From Eledone cirrhosa (lineage: Eukaryota), in the NCBI GenBank assembly GCA_964016885.1, contig OZ024744.1:49724001-49788000 (forward strand): DNA of 64,000 nt, given 5' to 3'. The stretch's first letter is position 1; each line of letters begins with the position of its first letter. The notes under the pieces were generated by a model, which did no database searches, was not told the DNA's origin, and saw nothing but the letters and a program-made list of their open reading frames with translations. Both the position numbers and the translations under genes were made by a program. Shown here piece after piece: positions 13,134 through 26,989 of this stretch.

Positions 13134-13190
13134 AGTACTAGGTTCTGATGAACACCGACAGTGTGAAACAGATCTGTCATTTTATCTCCC
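13134..13190 (+). ncRNA. Type I hammerhead (family A), canonical core, palindromic stem III
   Basis: CTGATGA(13145)-acac(cgaca)gtgt-GAAA-cagatctg-TC; stem I is weakened. Confidence 0.7.
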
Positions 13191-13335
13191 TTCCTTTGCT
13201 GAAAAAAGAAGTCAGTGACTATAATAGCGCAAGGTCTTTAAAATCTTTTTAATTAAACATACAGTATATCACCAAATATACTATACATATATTCATATAT
13301 ATATATGTATATATATATGTGTGTGTGTGTGTGTG

Positions 13336-13373
<38 letters not shown>

Positions 13374-14339
13374 ACATCATCAACATCATCATTTTACGTC
13401 CATTTTTCCCTGCTTATAGTTTGTTGTGTAGTGTCTTGCAGTACATGCGCTTCAGGTCAAAATAAGAAGAGTAAGCTATAGGAAACTAAGAGGCAGAAGC
13501 TAGAATATAATGAAATACAATAAACCAAATAAAACTTGTTTGCATTAAAAATCGGTATACGTTTTGTGTTTTATTGTTCGTTTATGTGAAGGTAGAGATG
13601 CAGAAAGTTGAGTCACAGACACCACACGCCAAAACCAACTATTGCTATTAGTCCGAATAGCAACTACAATCACTCGCAGACAACAATAATGATGAAAGAC
13701 ACAACAACACCAACAAAATTCCAATCTTCACATAAACGAACAATCAAACATAAAGCATATACCACTTTTTAAACAAGTTTTATCTTGTTTATAGTATTTT
13801 ATTATATAATACACAGTCCACTAAACATACAAATATGTTGCACCAACACATTATGTATACAAGCCCCCACCCGGGCACTAACTCCCACTCAAACAATTCT
13901 GTGACAATATCAACAAACAAGAAACCTAATGAGTAAACTGAAGCAACATGAAATGAAGAGTTTTGCTCTTGGACATGTCACACCATCCAATCTTGTAATT
14001 GGACCCACAATCTTGTGACTGTCTCATACTGTCTAGCAGTGCATAAAACTGACATAAAACTGATAAATGTGTCTGAACACGGAAGAGCTGAACTCCCACT
14101 GTCATCACCTCCATCTCTAATCTGCTTCCTAAAGAAATGTAAAATGCACAGGTAACACCACAATCTCCAAAACGCAGTATCTTCTCTCAGATAAAAAAAC
14201 AACATTCGCAAGTATATCATCAACAAAATGATTTGAGAAAAATACAGGAAGCTCCACCACCGCAACAAGAAAATCTCCTATAAATCCGTCAACCAATGAT
14301 CGAACGCACAGCCCAGACTTGATATACCTGAGATCCAAA

Positions 14340-15570
14340 CATATTGGACACATATTAGATTAAATCATCACCAGGAAGAGAGACTTCCAGGACATCTGCT
14401 CTCTAAGAGTAATGCATGGTGCAGAATGTGGTATGGACCACAAACTTACGTGTAGCAAGATGAAAAGTGCCAAAACGCAGAGTACAAGTGCCAAAACGTA
14501 AAGATGTGTTCAAACTGCAAAGTTTAGAAATGCAAGATGTTCCTCAAAATACACTTGACAACGTTGTCTTTGGTGGAACTTGGGAAGAGTCTAAAACACA
14601 GATTTACAGTATTGGGGTTGATGTATTTGGTCTTAAGAAGACAAACCACAGAGGCTGGTTTGATGATAATGATGCTGCAATCACTATGCTCATTGAAGAG
14701 ACTACTTTTGAGAAGGCCTTCAAAAGAGCAAAGTTAAAACTGCAATGTAAAACTCGAAAGATGAAGAATTACTGTTGGTTTGAAGTTTCAGCAGATATGC
14801 ATGGAGCTTATAACTGCAGAGACTTGAAGGCATTATACAGCCAATAAGGCAAGTTTTTTGCCCACAGCCCTCAAAAGTGGCACAATCAAGGTCAAAAGAG
14901 GGGAACATCCTCATCAAAGATCCAGAAAGTCTGTGGACTGAACACTTTAAAGACCTGTTTGACAAACCAGCTGTAGTTGATGAGGAGACTATGACAAAGA
15001 TGATGACTGATCCAACCATTGATGAGATAAGGTCTATTATCAAAGAGATGATCACAGGGAAAACTCCAGGTTTGGATGGAATACCTCTTCAGCTGATCTG
15101 CTTTGGAGGAGACAATGTTACTATGGCTATTCATGGGCTAGTCTTATCTGTATGGCATGGTGTGCCTGTCCTGCAAAACTGGGTAGATACAATTTTGCTA
15201 ATGATATACAAGGGCAGGGGCTCCAATCTTAATATGGTGAATATCAGGTATAAGTCTGCTTGAATCAATAGGAAAAGTTTTACCCAAGGTCCTGTTGAAT
15301 TGTCTAATAAAATGGATCTGAACTGGTGCCATCTCTGTGACCCAGTGTGAATTCAGAGCTGGGTGAGATACTATGGACATGATTTTCTCAGCCCGCCAGC
15401 TTTTAGAGAAGTATGTTGAGCGGGGAGTGCCACTTTCCCAAGTATTTGTAGCCTTTGATAGTGTTAATTATAGTGTATTGTGGGTTATATTGGTGAAACT
15501 TGGATGCCTTCCTAAATTTGTTAGAATATAAAAAAAAACTCCATCAAAATATGAAAGCAAAAGTGAACTT
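14340..15570 (+). pseudogene. Degenerate RTE/BovB-like LINE fragment
   Basis: WFDDND, W.EHF..LF, PTIDEI, GKTPGLDGIP and QC.FRAG..T.DMIFSARQL remnants with stops and frameshifts. Confidence 0.65.
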
Positions 15571-15967
15571 CTAGTTGGTTAGTTTAATGATGATTCAGAA
15601 CACCAAAGCAAGATGGTGTAGGACAGAACAAAGAAGAAACAAAAAATAACAAATTAGTTACTGCGGTCACAGAATGGGTGATGAAAGAGGTTTGACAATA
15701 AATAAATAAACATCCAGTTATTAAACTAACCAAATGGACATTTATAATAAATTGAAGTGAAAACCAACAGGTGAATGTGTTTTTATTAGCAGCATGACCC
15801 TCCCAAAGTATAACAATATACATATATATATATATATGTGCATATATCTTGTATATCTTTCTATCTATCAACCTATACATGCACACACACACATATATAT
15901 ATATATTGTGACCGTTGGCGAGTACTTACTGCTCGAAGCGCCGAACGGCGCGGAAGAATCTAAGAGA

Positions 15968-16000
<33 letters not shown>

Positions 16001-16003
<3 letters not shown>

Positions 16004-19000
16004 CGAAGGAAATGTGGTAAGGAACCAGATGGACCATAACGTACCAAAGTACTCAATACTTAGTGTAGTAGAGTGGGTAATAGGAACAAGTATGACCCCT
16101 ACGGCAGAGCTCAAGCCGTTTCGACGGCTAATTCTGGACTGAATAAGAATTTTTAGCCTGGTAAATAAATAGCCGAACTTCTCAGGGGGTAATTCCATAT
16201 ATGGGAAGATAGTAATTGTCAAAAGGATTGGTCAAAGGTTTGTTGTAAAGACATATTATTCTATCATGGCATTTAGAGGGAGGTAGGGGTAGCTGAACTT
16301 GCCGGTAGAACGAAGAGGGATTTGGGGAAACCCAGTCAAGCGTTGAAAGTGAAATCTAAACACCAGATTCTAAGGATAGTGTATAGAAGGTCGAAAAAAG
16401 TGTACTGGAGAATGGGAGGGGGGGGGGGGGTGAAAGAATAGGTAAATCGAAAGGGAGTAAACAAAAAAGCCATTATAAAAATGAGGAAATAAATATAAAA
16501 AAAACAATTTCTGGTTACTACTCCATCCCCACAATCACTAAATCTATCATTGGTATTGCTAAGCTATAGAAAAGTTTAATAGGTGGAGAAAAATACTAAA
16601 TACGAGATTGTAGTGAAAGAATTTTATAAAGCAATCTTTACAGGGGGTCTAACACCACTGCTATAGTTAGTAGTAATCAGCCAATGCTATTTTACAATGA
16701 CAAGTTAATAAGTTGAGGACAAACATACTAAAAAACTAATACGAAATATTAATTCAGAATACTAATACATAAATACTAATACAAGAATACTAATGCAAAA
16801 ATACCACTAATAAATTTAGAAATCACGGAAATGGAGCAGCAACCAGAAAGAAAGCAATTATCTGGGGTCTAACACATATGCTATAAAAAGCGTAATCGGC
16901 CAATTCTATCTTAACATTAGGGGGGTGGGGTACTGAGGCTACAGAGGACTGATGGGCTGCATCGGGGTGGGCGAAAAGGTGAAAAAAAAAGACAAGGAAG
17001 GAGATCTGGGGTGGAAGGACTAGGAAGAGATTTAATACCTACAAATCTCCCCCTCCGAACCCTATGCTCTCACCCTTCGAGAATGACCTTTTCCAACTGG
17101 TCAAGAGCATTAAATTCAAACCCAGACACAACAGATTCCTACAAAAACTTCGTAGCAAATTAACAGAGTATGAAAACAACTACGACATCATGGTGCACTC
17201 GGACAAAACTGGAAACCTCTACTTCGTCAACCCCGACAGATACCACACACTGATCAGGAGCAGCCTAAACTTCACCTATAAAAAGGCTAACCATTCAAGT
17301 ATCGAGAACTTAAATCGAGATGGACAACAAATTACCTCCAGCCTCGGGACCACACTGAAGGACCACAAATCCGACTTCGACCGTAAACCATCCATCAGGC
17401 TTATAAACCCAACGAAGTCCGACAGGGAGAATCAGTAAAAAAAATCCTAGACCGCGTTATACCAAAAGTTAAGCAAAACGCGAGACTTAGCCTATGGGTC
17501 AACAGGAAGTAATCTCATTGTTCAGCAATATGGAGGACAAAAGAGACACAAAATTCATCCAGTTTGACATAGAGAGTTACTATGCTGCAATTACCTTACC
17601 GCTCCTTACGGCCGCCTTGGACTTTGCCGAAACACTCACGCCCATCACCGACCAGGAAAGAAATATTATCCTCCACGCCAGGAAGACAGTCCTACTTTTC
17701 GACAACTCCAAATGGATAAAGAGAGCACCTGACTCCCCCTTCGACGTCAGTATGGGCGCGACCAATTCGGCTGAGGTCACAGATCTTATAGGATTATTCC
17801 TACTATTTAAACTCACCGAAATATTTCCTGCATTCGGCGGTGGATTGTACCGTGATGATGGGCTCCTTACCCTTAAAGGGTACAACTCCAGTAGTACAGA
17901 CTGGGTCAGTAAACAATTAATCAGCTTCTTCCGCGACTGGGGATTTAAAATAACCCTACAAACGTCCCTAACCCGAGTAAACTTCCTAGACGTTACCCTT
18001 AACCTCGTTAATTATCTGTACTACTCATACAGGAAACCAAACGACAACCTGCATTACATCCACCCCCAGTTGAACCATCCTAGAAACATCACCAATAACC
18101 TGGTTAAAAACATCTCCCTCCGCATATCTCGTTTGTCCGCTAATGAGCAGATATTCGACGAACATGCGCCTTATTACAACCAGGCCCTCAAGCGGAGTGA
18201 CTTCCGGGAGGAAATATCCTATTATCCAGCTTCCATAAGCAGGCGACACCGCCGCTCACGCAACATAACTTGGTTCAATCCTCCCCACAATGCCGAGGTG
18301 ACAACACCTATCGGGAAAATCTTCTTTAGGCTCATCGAAAAACACTTTCCACTACAACACCGCTACCACAACATAATAAAAAAAACACCATCAAACTCTC
18401 CTACAGCACCACACCTAACTTTGCACAAAACATCGTCCCCTCTAACAACAAAAAACTCAACCCCTGTGGAAGAAATAACCTAGACAGCAGTGGAGAGCCG
18501 ACCAAGAGGTGTAACTGTCCTGATAGATCCCTTTTCCCCCTCAACAACAGATGCCGAGATCGTAATGTGATCTACCAGTGCAGCGTGAGGACAGACACCC
18601 TCAATAAAGCTTATATAGGATTAACCGCTTGGGACTTCAAGACCCGGCTCTACCTACATAGATATACTTTCCGAAATCCGGCCCGGCGTCATGCCACTAC
18701 ACTTTCGGGCCACATCTGGGACCTCAAAGATAATAATATAACCTACAATCTCACTTGGAGCTTACTGTCAGAGTTAACTCTTACACGGGAGGACGCCGTC
18801 CGTGTAACTTATGCTCGGAGGAAACATTACAAATGCTGTTTTCGAAGGACCAACTCCTAAACAAGAAAGATGAACTGGTAACTGCATGAAAACACAGATT
18901 GCGTAGGACTTACCTCGCCCTCAAACCCCATAATGACCCAGGGATGGGTGTAGACAAGGGCTGAAACACCCTACTTGCCGACTTTGTAAGGGGTAACCCC

Positions 19001-20012
19001 TGCTTACAAGGGTAGACGTAACTTTTTTATTCTTTTTTATCTTTTCCTCTATATTTCCTTCTTCCCCCCATCTCTTCTTAGTCCTTCCACCCCAGATCTC
19101 CTTCTTTGTCTTTTTTTTCACCTTTTCGCCCACCCCGATGCAGCCCATCGGTCCTCTGTAGCCTCAGTACCCCCAGCCACTAATTTTAAGATAGAATTGG
19201 CCGATTACGCTTTTTATAGCATATGTGTTAGACCCCAGATAATTGCTTTCTTTCTGGTTGCTGCTCCATTTCCGTGATTTCTAAATTTATTAGTGGTATT
19301 TTTGCATTAGTATTCTTGTATTAGTATTTATGTATTAGTATTCTGAATTAATATTTCGTATTAGTTTTTTAGTATGTTTGTCCTCAACTTATTAACTTGT
19401 CATTGTAAAATAGCATTGGCTGATTACTACTAACTATAGCAGTGGTGTTAGACCCCCTGTAAAGATTGCTTTATAAAATTCTTTCACTACAATCTCGTAT
19501 TTAGTATTTTTCTCCACCTATTAAACTTTTCTATAGCTTAGCAATACCATTGAGAGATTTAGTGATTGTGGGGATGGAGTAGTAACCAGAAATTGTTTTT
19601 TATATATTTATTTCCTCATTTTTATAATGGCTTTTTTGTTTACTCCCTTTCGATTTACCTATTCTTTCAACCCCCCCCCCTTCTCCAGTACACTTTTTTT
19701 CGACCTTCTATACACTATCCTCAGAATCTGCTGTATAGATTTCACTTTCAACGCTTGACTGGGTTTCCCCCACACCCTCTTTGTTCTACAGCAAGTTCAG
19801 CTACCCATACCTCCCACTAAATGCCATGATAGAATAATCTGTCTTTACAACAAACTTTTGACCAATCCTTTTGACAATTACTATCTTCCCATATATGGAA
19901 TTAGCCCCTGAGAATGTCGGCTATTTATTTACCAGGCTAAAAATTCTTATTTAGTTCAGAATTAGCCGTCGAAACGGTTTGAGCTCTGCCGTAGGGGTCA
20001 TACTTGTTCCTA
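16001..20012 (+). mobile_element. Penelope-like element (probably Naiad-type), 5'-truncated, with an inverted 5' pseudo-LTR
   Basis: Frameshifted RT (FDIESYY, MGA, GLYRDDGL, FLDVTLNL), then CNC..PL...C linker and GIY-YIG (IYQC..AYIGLT..FKTR) at 17035-18930. 16081-17030 is the reverse complement of 19070-20012. Confidence 0.9.
19902..20000 (+). ncRNA. Hammerhead-like motif in the PLE pseudo-LTR (core CUGAGAA, probably impaired); inverted copy at 16094-16190
   Basis: ccc-CTGAGAA-..cggcta...tagccgtc-GAAA-cgg(c/t)ttgagctctgccg-TA-ggggt. Confidence 0.6.
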
Positions 20013-21214
20013 TATATATATATATATATATATTAATTCAAAATATTAACAAAAATAGACGTTCGTGTGATCAAGTATATTTTATTCTACATAGTTCAGA
20101 GGTACTGAGCTATCTTCAACAGTACGTCCTCATCAGATAAAATAAGATGATGCATGACATACCCTGACTTAGTAGATGGTTAAGATTCAGTCATGGTAGT
20201 GAATAAGATATGACAAAACTCAATATTTATATACCTTAAGATTGAGACATGAAAAAATTTACATATAATACAGAGGGTGCGTGTGAGAAAGCTTAAAAAT
20301 ACGTAATACCAATTTACATAACTGTTAGAGATTCAAATAATTTAAATTATTGAAGAAAGAAGAAAGAAAGAAGAAAGACATAGAGAAATAGATGAGGAAA
20401 AATATAGTTACTAGAAGTATAGAAAGCAAAAGAGAATTGATCAACGATATAGAGACAAGGAGGAATACTTTTTATAATATAAAGCATAGGGAGGGAGATT
20501 TGTACTGTCGTGGATGAATAGGGTGTGATTAGATGATGCAAAAAAATATATATCTATATAAATACATAAATATACATTTGGGCATAGCTTTGTGAAAGAG
20601 TAAACTCGAATCTTTGAATTATCTAGAAATAATCAATCAATCTAAATATTAAATATATCTGTGTGTAATTATATGAGGGTTTAATTTCGAGTCCTTAGTT
20701 AATTAGAAATATACTAACAATTAATTATATATATTATATATCCAAACGTATCTGGCTGACCGTTAAATTTCGAATCATTTATGTTAGTTCAGAATAATGA
20801 ATTAATCTGAAGGTATATTTCAGGCTATAAAAGTTTATAAATATCTATATTAAATTATACTATCATATTTAATTTATAAAATCATATTTAAAGTATTTGC
20901 AAACATGAGAAAGAAGAGACTTAATATTTTTATCCTCTCGAAGGTAATCCAAATTATATTATTTTACATTATATTAAAAAAATTTTTTTACATTAAAATA
21001 ATAATCATTATATAATTTAGAAAATACTTACAGTTATAACTTTAAAAATTTTAAATTAACAATTAGAATGCCCTAAAGTATCTAAAGGCCTTATAATTAA
21101 ACTTAAAAAAGGGTATTATTAAATTAGATATACGCATTTGTCTAAATATATACAAAGAGTATATTGTCTAAAGTTGAAGACGATATTAGTCAGTTATACA
21201 TAACATAATATAAT

Positions 21215-21400
21215 TGTTTCTACTTTTGGCACAAGGCCAGCAATTACCCAGTGCATTACTGGTACTTTATTTTATCGACCACGTAACGATGAAAGGCAAA
21301 GTTAACCTCGGCGGGATTTGAACTCAGACCATAAAGGAACTTAACTATGCTGCAAAGCATAGCGTCCGACCTTCTATCGATACTGCCAATCCACCGCCCT
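21215..21400 (-). mobile_element. tRNA-derived SINE (octopus-type, Meta/MESC-like central domain)
   Basis: A/B boxes (tggcag..., gagttcaaatccc) plus the gcctttcatc...gtcgataaaataaagtaccag domain. Further copies at ~23289-23447, 23871-23998, 25958-26130 (-) and 44370-44555 (+). Confidence 0.8.
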
Positions 21401-21408
21401 TATCATTA

Positions 21409-22334
21409 TCTATAAAAGGCAGATTGTTGTTGTTGTGTGTGTGTGCATGTTCTATTTTTATACATTTGCACAATTTCAAACTGAATCGACTCAACGTCTG
21501 TAAGAATGTTGTAAATGGTCTAACTTAGGTCAATGACTATTTATTTCATTCAAACTCACCCATAATTACAGAAATAATCGATAAAACTAAATACATGACG
21601 CTTTACCCCTCTAATACAATCAGATTTCGTCTCTCTACTCCCCTTAAAATTCGATAAAACTACATACATGCTGCAATTTTCTCTTATATACGATTAAACT
21701 TACAAACTTTAAGAGAGAGAGTGAGAGGGAGAGAGAGAGAGAACGTTTGTTTTTGAGTGTGGAACGGTCAAACATTTATTTACTTCAATGACAAAGAGAA
21801 CATATATTTCATACGAAACAACAATTATTCAAAAGCAACAGATAAATTTATTCAACAACAAGAAAAATAGCGATAAATCTTTTTTAAAACATCTATCAAC
21901 GAACGTGGAAGAAAGAAGTATCAGTTCATTTACTATATACAATAATATCCTGTATGAGGTCACTAAACCTGCTAGAAACATCAGCTAACTCTCCCCCATA
22001 TCACACCCCTCTCTACTGTCTTAAATTTAGAAAACACACATTAGACAACCATGCAGAAAAACACCATCGCAGCTCTGTTGTTCGGCTGGCATCGTCTACG
22101 CGCGTGTTGCGCAAGTACTGTGAAACAATAAATTTCAACACTTCTTTGCACAGAGATAATATCTATAGGCGAAACTACAATTGCCACTGCTGGCGCAGCT
22201 CCTGCTTCGGCAGTCCAGGTCTGCAATTCATTCACCCAGTGCCTGGCAGACAAAAAAGTGCTGCCATAAAATGGGTGGTGCAACCTAACTTTGGTAACTT
22301 ACTGACCCCGAGCAACGTCGGGCTTTAATGCTAG
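21409..22334 (+). mobile_element. Non-autonomous Helitron
   Basis: A|TC 5' end, subterminal hairpin cccga(gcaacg)tcggg and CTAG|T 3' end; no TSD. Confidence 0.75.
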
Positions 22335-23017
22335 TATATAATAGAATAATATAATATAATAAATAAGTTAGTTAATATTGTTAAAATTACTGTTAATATT
22401 GTCAGCCGGATACGTTTGGATATATACAATGTATATAATTAATTGTTAGTATATTTCTAATTAACTAAGGACTCGAAATTAAACCCTCATATAATTACAC
22501 ACAGATATATTTAATATTTAGATTGATTGATTATTTCTAAATAATTCAAAGATTCGAGTTTACTCTTTCACAAAGCTATGCCCAAATGTATAATTATGTA
22601 TTTATATAGATATATATTTGTTTGCATCATCTAATCACACCCTATTCATCCACGACAATACAAATCTCCCTCCCTATGCTTTATATTATAAAAAGTATTC
22701 CATCTTGTCTCTATATCGTTGATCAATTCTCTTTTGCTTTCTATACTTTTAGTAACTATATTTTTCCTCATCTATTTCTCTGTGTCTTTCTTCTTTCTTT
22801 CTTCTTTCTTCAATAATTTAAATTATTTGAATCTCTAACAGTTATGTAAATTGGTATTACGTATTTTTAAGCTTTCTCACATGCACCCTCTGTATTATAT
22901 GTAAATTTTTTCATGTCTCAATCTTAAGGTATATAAATATTGAGTTTTGTCATATCTTATTCACTACCATGACTGAATCTTAACCATCTACTAAGTCAGG
23001 GTATGTCATGCATCATC

Positions 23018-23085
23018 TTATTTTATCTGATGAGGACGTATTGTTGAAGATAGCTCAGTACCTCTGAAATATGTAGAATAAAATA
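23018..23085 (+). ncRNA. Type I hammerhead-like motif
   Basis: ttttat-CTGATGA-ggacgtattg...cagtacctct-GAAA-tatg-TA-gaataaaa; stem I register is imperfect. Confidence 0.55.
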
Positions 23086-23224
23086 TACTTGATCACACGA
23101 ATGTCTATTTTTGTTAATATTTTGAATTAATATTAATAACTCCGGAAAACCATTTCTCGTTGGGTGCTTCCAATCTATTGTAAAACTCATTATTTGATTT
23201 ATTCATTGAACCTTGTTTAACCTT

Positions 23225-23283
<59 letters not shown>

Positions 23284-26236
23284 ATAGTTGTTTCTACGTT
23301 AGGCACAAGGCCAGCAATTAACCAGTGTATTACTGGTACTTTATTTTATCGACCCCGTAAGGATGAAAGGCAAAGTCAACCTCGGCGTGATTTGAACTCA
23401 GAATGGCAAGGGCCGTAACTCTATGCGTCAAAGCATGGTGTCCGCTCCTAGTAATAATAATAATAAATTTGAAGCCTAAAATCCAAAGAGGGCTCGATAT
23501 GGATAAATATATATCAAATATATAAAAAGAGCAAATATTTATTAAAATAACAGATTAAAGTTTAAGCAAAGAATCGCTGCTTTCATCCTTAACGGGATTT
23601 TCTGAAACTAAAAAAAATCAATCTGTGAACGCAGAAGTAAATATTTCGAAAAACGTAACAACCGAAGGAACACAGAAAGACAATACTTTGGTTCGTGAAG
23701 CCGTTCCCTGGCAATGAACGGAAAAAAGCGAAAATGATAATACCTCGTTATGTGGAGCGGAGAGAACAATTACACACAAAGACAAAACCACGTTTATGGT
23801 ATAAATAAAGTCGTAGACTAATATTCTATATAGGAAACCGAATGATTCTCGGCTTCAGAGCTAAGAATAATTGTTTCTACTTTTGAAACAAGGCCAGCAA
23901 TAACCCAGTACATTACTGGTACGTTATTTTATCGATTCCGTAAGGATGAAAGGCAAAGTTAACCTTGACGGGATTTGGACTCAGACCGTAACTATGCTAG
24001 TAGAACGAAAATGATATATATGATTATATATATATATAATTTTGGTTGGATTCCTGATGGGTATAAGGTGACTACAGTTTTAAAAAATTACTCAATACGT
24101 TATTAAGGTATAGGCATATTTATTTAATATAGAAATGACTTCTACAGGACTATATGTATGTATGTATGTGTGTATGTGTTGGTGTATGTATATATGTCTG
24201 TATGTATGTATGTCAGGTCACCAGTTGGTGCTACTGGTAACATGTATCCCAGTACAACCTGTCTCATGGTCGGGTCGTTGGCGACTAAACTGGCAACCCC
24301 ACCAAGGTTTCTTGGTGAGGAGGGTGACTTTGGACATCCTGCAGGACTAAAAACAAAACCTGTCAAAGGGCAAAGGAGCTCTTAAGAGTCAATGGCCATC
24401 CAAAATCACCGGGAGAGATGACCCCTTAGCCTTTGTCAAGGCAGAATTCTAGGAGAAGGAAAACTCTGATATAACACTTGCAACCCTGATGGTATCCAAT
24501 GATGTTGACTTGTTCTTTTTTTTTTGGTAAATATCATCTTGGTTAAGAGAGTGGGACTGGCTTTGTGCAGTGCCTTTGCTCACTATAAAAGCTTCACGGC
24601 ACAGGCATTGCTTTATATCTGGAGATCTCTCTGCACTTGTCGTCACATGGTACCATGGGCCCAGCACTATGTGTAGTGTTTGTACCAGAGTTTTCAAGTC
24701 GTTGGACTAAAAAGTCACACTCGTTCAGCGCATCGGTAAGGGTTCTGCTACATGGATATAAAGTAGTGGCCGTACTCGAAAACGAGTTGGCAGCCACCAT
24801 GTAGGTATGTGCATATACATATATGCATGTATATGTGTGTATATATTCATATATTCATATATTCATATATATTGAATCGGTAGAATCCCAATAGCGAACA
24901 CTGCTGTTTCAACTTGTTTTCACAAGCTTTTTTAGGGGTAATGATTACTAGTTATGTTTCACAGTAGTTTGGTCAGATATTATGCAAATAATGTGTGATG
25001 TTCTGGAGAGATGTGTGAAATTAGGTCAATTCTTCCAACTGGTTGTTCTCTGTGGCAATGCCTTAGCCATTGTGTCCATGTGGCAGACCAGAGCAGCTGC
25101 CACATACTACCTAATCCAGGGAAGGGGGGAGGGTAGAGTTTGTCCTTCTCTCTTTTCCCTTTCTTTCATTATTTACATTGTTTTTCTTGTTTTGTTTGTT
25201 TGTTTTTTGCTTTTTTTCTCTCATTTTTTTCCTTTTTTTTAAAAATATGCTAATGATGATGAATCGTAAATTTCTTTCTTTTATTTTTGATAAAGTTTTA
25301 AACTACAAAAGGAAGTAGACAAAGGGATGGTGTTGGAGTCTTGGTTGTGGGATTATTGATGGTCATTTAGACTATATCAGATAGGGGTGGGAAGAGGCAT
25401 GGAATAAAGCAGGGGATGAAAGAGACAAAGAAGGAAATTATATACTAGTGATGTCTTTACATAATATGTACACACCTGCATAAAACATATATCAATACAC
25501 CCACGCACAGACACATGCAAAGATATACACATATATATATATATACCAAATCATAATATTATAAAATTAAATCAAATTGTTTAGAACTACAAGTGAAGTC
25601 ATTCTATTCCTCTTTTTAAAATATATCCTCCTCCTCATCATCATCATCATCATTTTACTTAGATATACATACCTACATCCATGCTTATGAATACTTAGAT
25701 ATACATACATGCACAAACACTTACACTCATATATACACACATACACGCACAAAAACGCCAACACACACAGCCATACATACAAATATACGTGTACATCTAT
25801 ATTACTACATGTACACACATACAGAGACAACCATATGTATATAAAGTGGGTATGCCTTGGGAGTCGTAAATATTGGAATTAAAAAAACAAAACAAATGAG
25901 GAATGAAAGAGTTGAAACTAGGTGCAAAAAAGACATTGGAAGTGATATTAATTAATTTTTTCTACTTTAGGCACAAGGCCAGCAAATACCAGTGCATTAC
26001 TGGTACTTTATTTTATCGAAGCCGTAAGGATGAAAGGCAAAGTCAACCTCGGCGGGATTTAAACTCAAATCGTAAAGGGACGTAACTATGCTGGAAAGCA
26101 TGGCGTCCGACCCTCTACCGATACTGCCAGTGATATTAATTAATTCTGATATATAAGTGTGTGCATGAGAATGTGTATGTATATATATACAAGAATAGAA
26201 CTTTTCCTTACATGTGTATGTATGTATATGCATGCG

Positions 26237-26332
<96 letters not shown>

Positions 26333-26335
<3 letters not shown>

Positions 26336-26939
26336 CGCTGGTCACTGTGCAAGAATGTTATATCATAGATATATAACATTGTTGTGAGGTAAGCCAGCTT
26401 ATCAAGGGAGCACCTCAGGAAAGAGCCCTAACTACATACGTCCGTAGCATGTGAGAAAATCTCAGAAAGGCGGAGGGAGACTCTATCATGTGATACACCG
26501 GTCAAGAAAGGGGATTAATCCCTTGTAGCAGTGAAAATATCTCAGAAGGCGGAGGGAGATATTGATATGATACATAGGCTACAGAGGGGTGGTAAGGTTG
26601 ACTAGAAGTGTATATAGTATTTGCTTGAAAGCAGTCACTATACTTCCGTGGTTACTCTACCGTGAGGGAGTTAGAGACAATAATGAGAGGTATACAAATA
26701 TATGTGCATACATACTTATACATGTATATATAAACATACAATCTCACATACTTGTGAAAAATATATGTTGTCGACCTTAACCAGTGTTACTCTATGATTA
26801 TGAGAGACAAAATAATCGAGATAATTAAATTGACACAATATCAGAGTTATGTAAAATATTATAAAAAGGAATAATAGATACAATATACCTATTTTTTCCC
26901 CTTTGTCCCGACTGTACAGTTTCGCTGGTCATTATGCAA

Positions 26940-26943
<4 letters not shown>
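26333..26943 (-). mobile_element. 587-nt ORF-less unit with ~25-nt terminal redundancy between (TA)n tracts; hammerhead split across its ends
   Basis: tttcgctggtca.t.tgcaagaat is repeated at 26333 and 26920. The HHR halves lie at 26333-26409 and 26906-26930. Confidence 0.7.

Positions 26944-26989
<46 letters not shown>

Larger units (their letters stand above)
20030..23130. repeat. ~740-bp inverted repeat pair (20030-20770 / 22395-23130), AT-rich, each arm with an HHR-like motif; spacer holds a SINE and a Helitron
   Basis: The arms are reverse complements, and they give near-identical short ORFs 20347-20541(-) and 22622-22816(+). Confidence 0.85.

Noticed and set aside
16081-20012. TIR DNA transposon
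   Set aside because: The interior encodes RT + GIY-YIG, not a transposase, and the arms have unequal outer ends; this fits an inverted PLE pseudo-LTR.
24594-24800. Possible host exon (68-aa ORF)
   Set aside because: No recognisable domain or partner exons; cannot be supported without a search.
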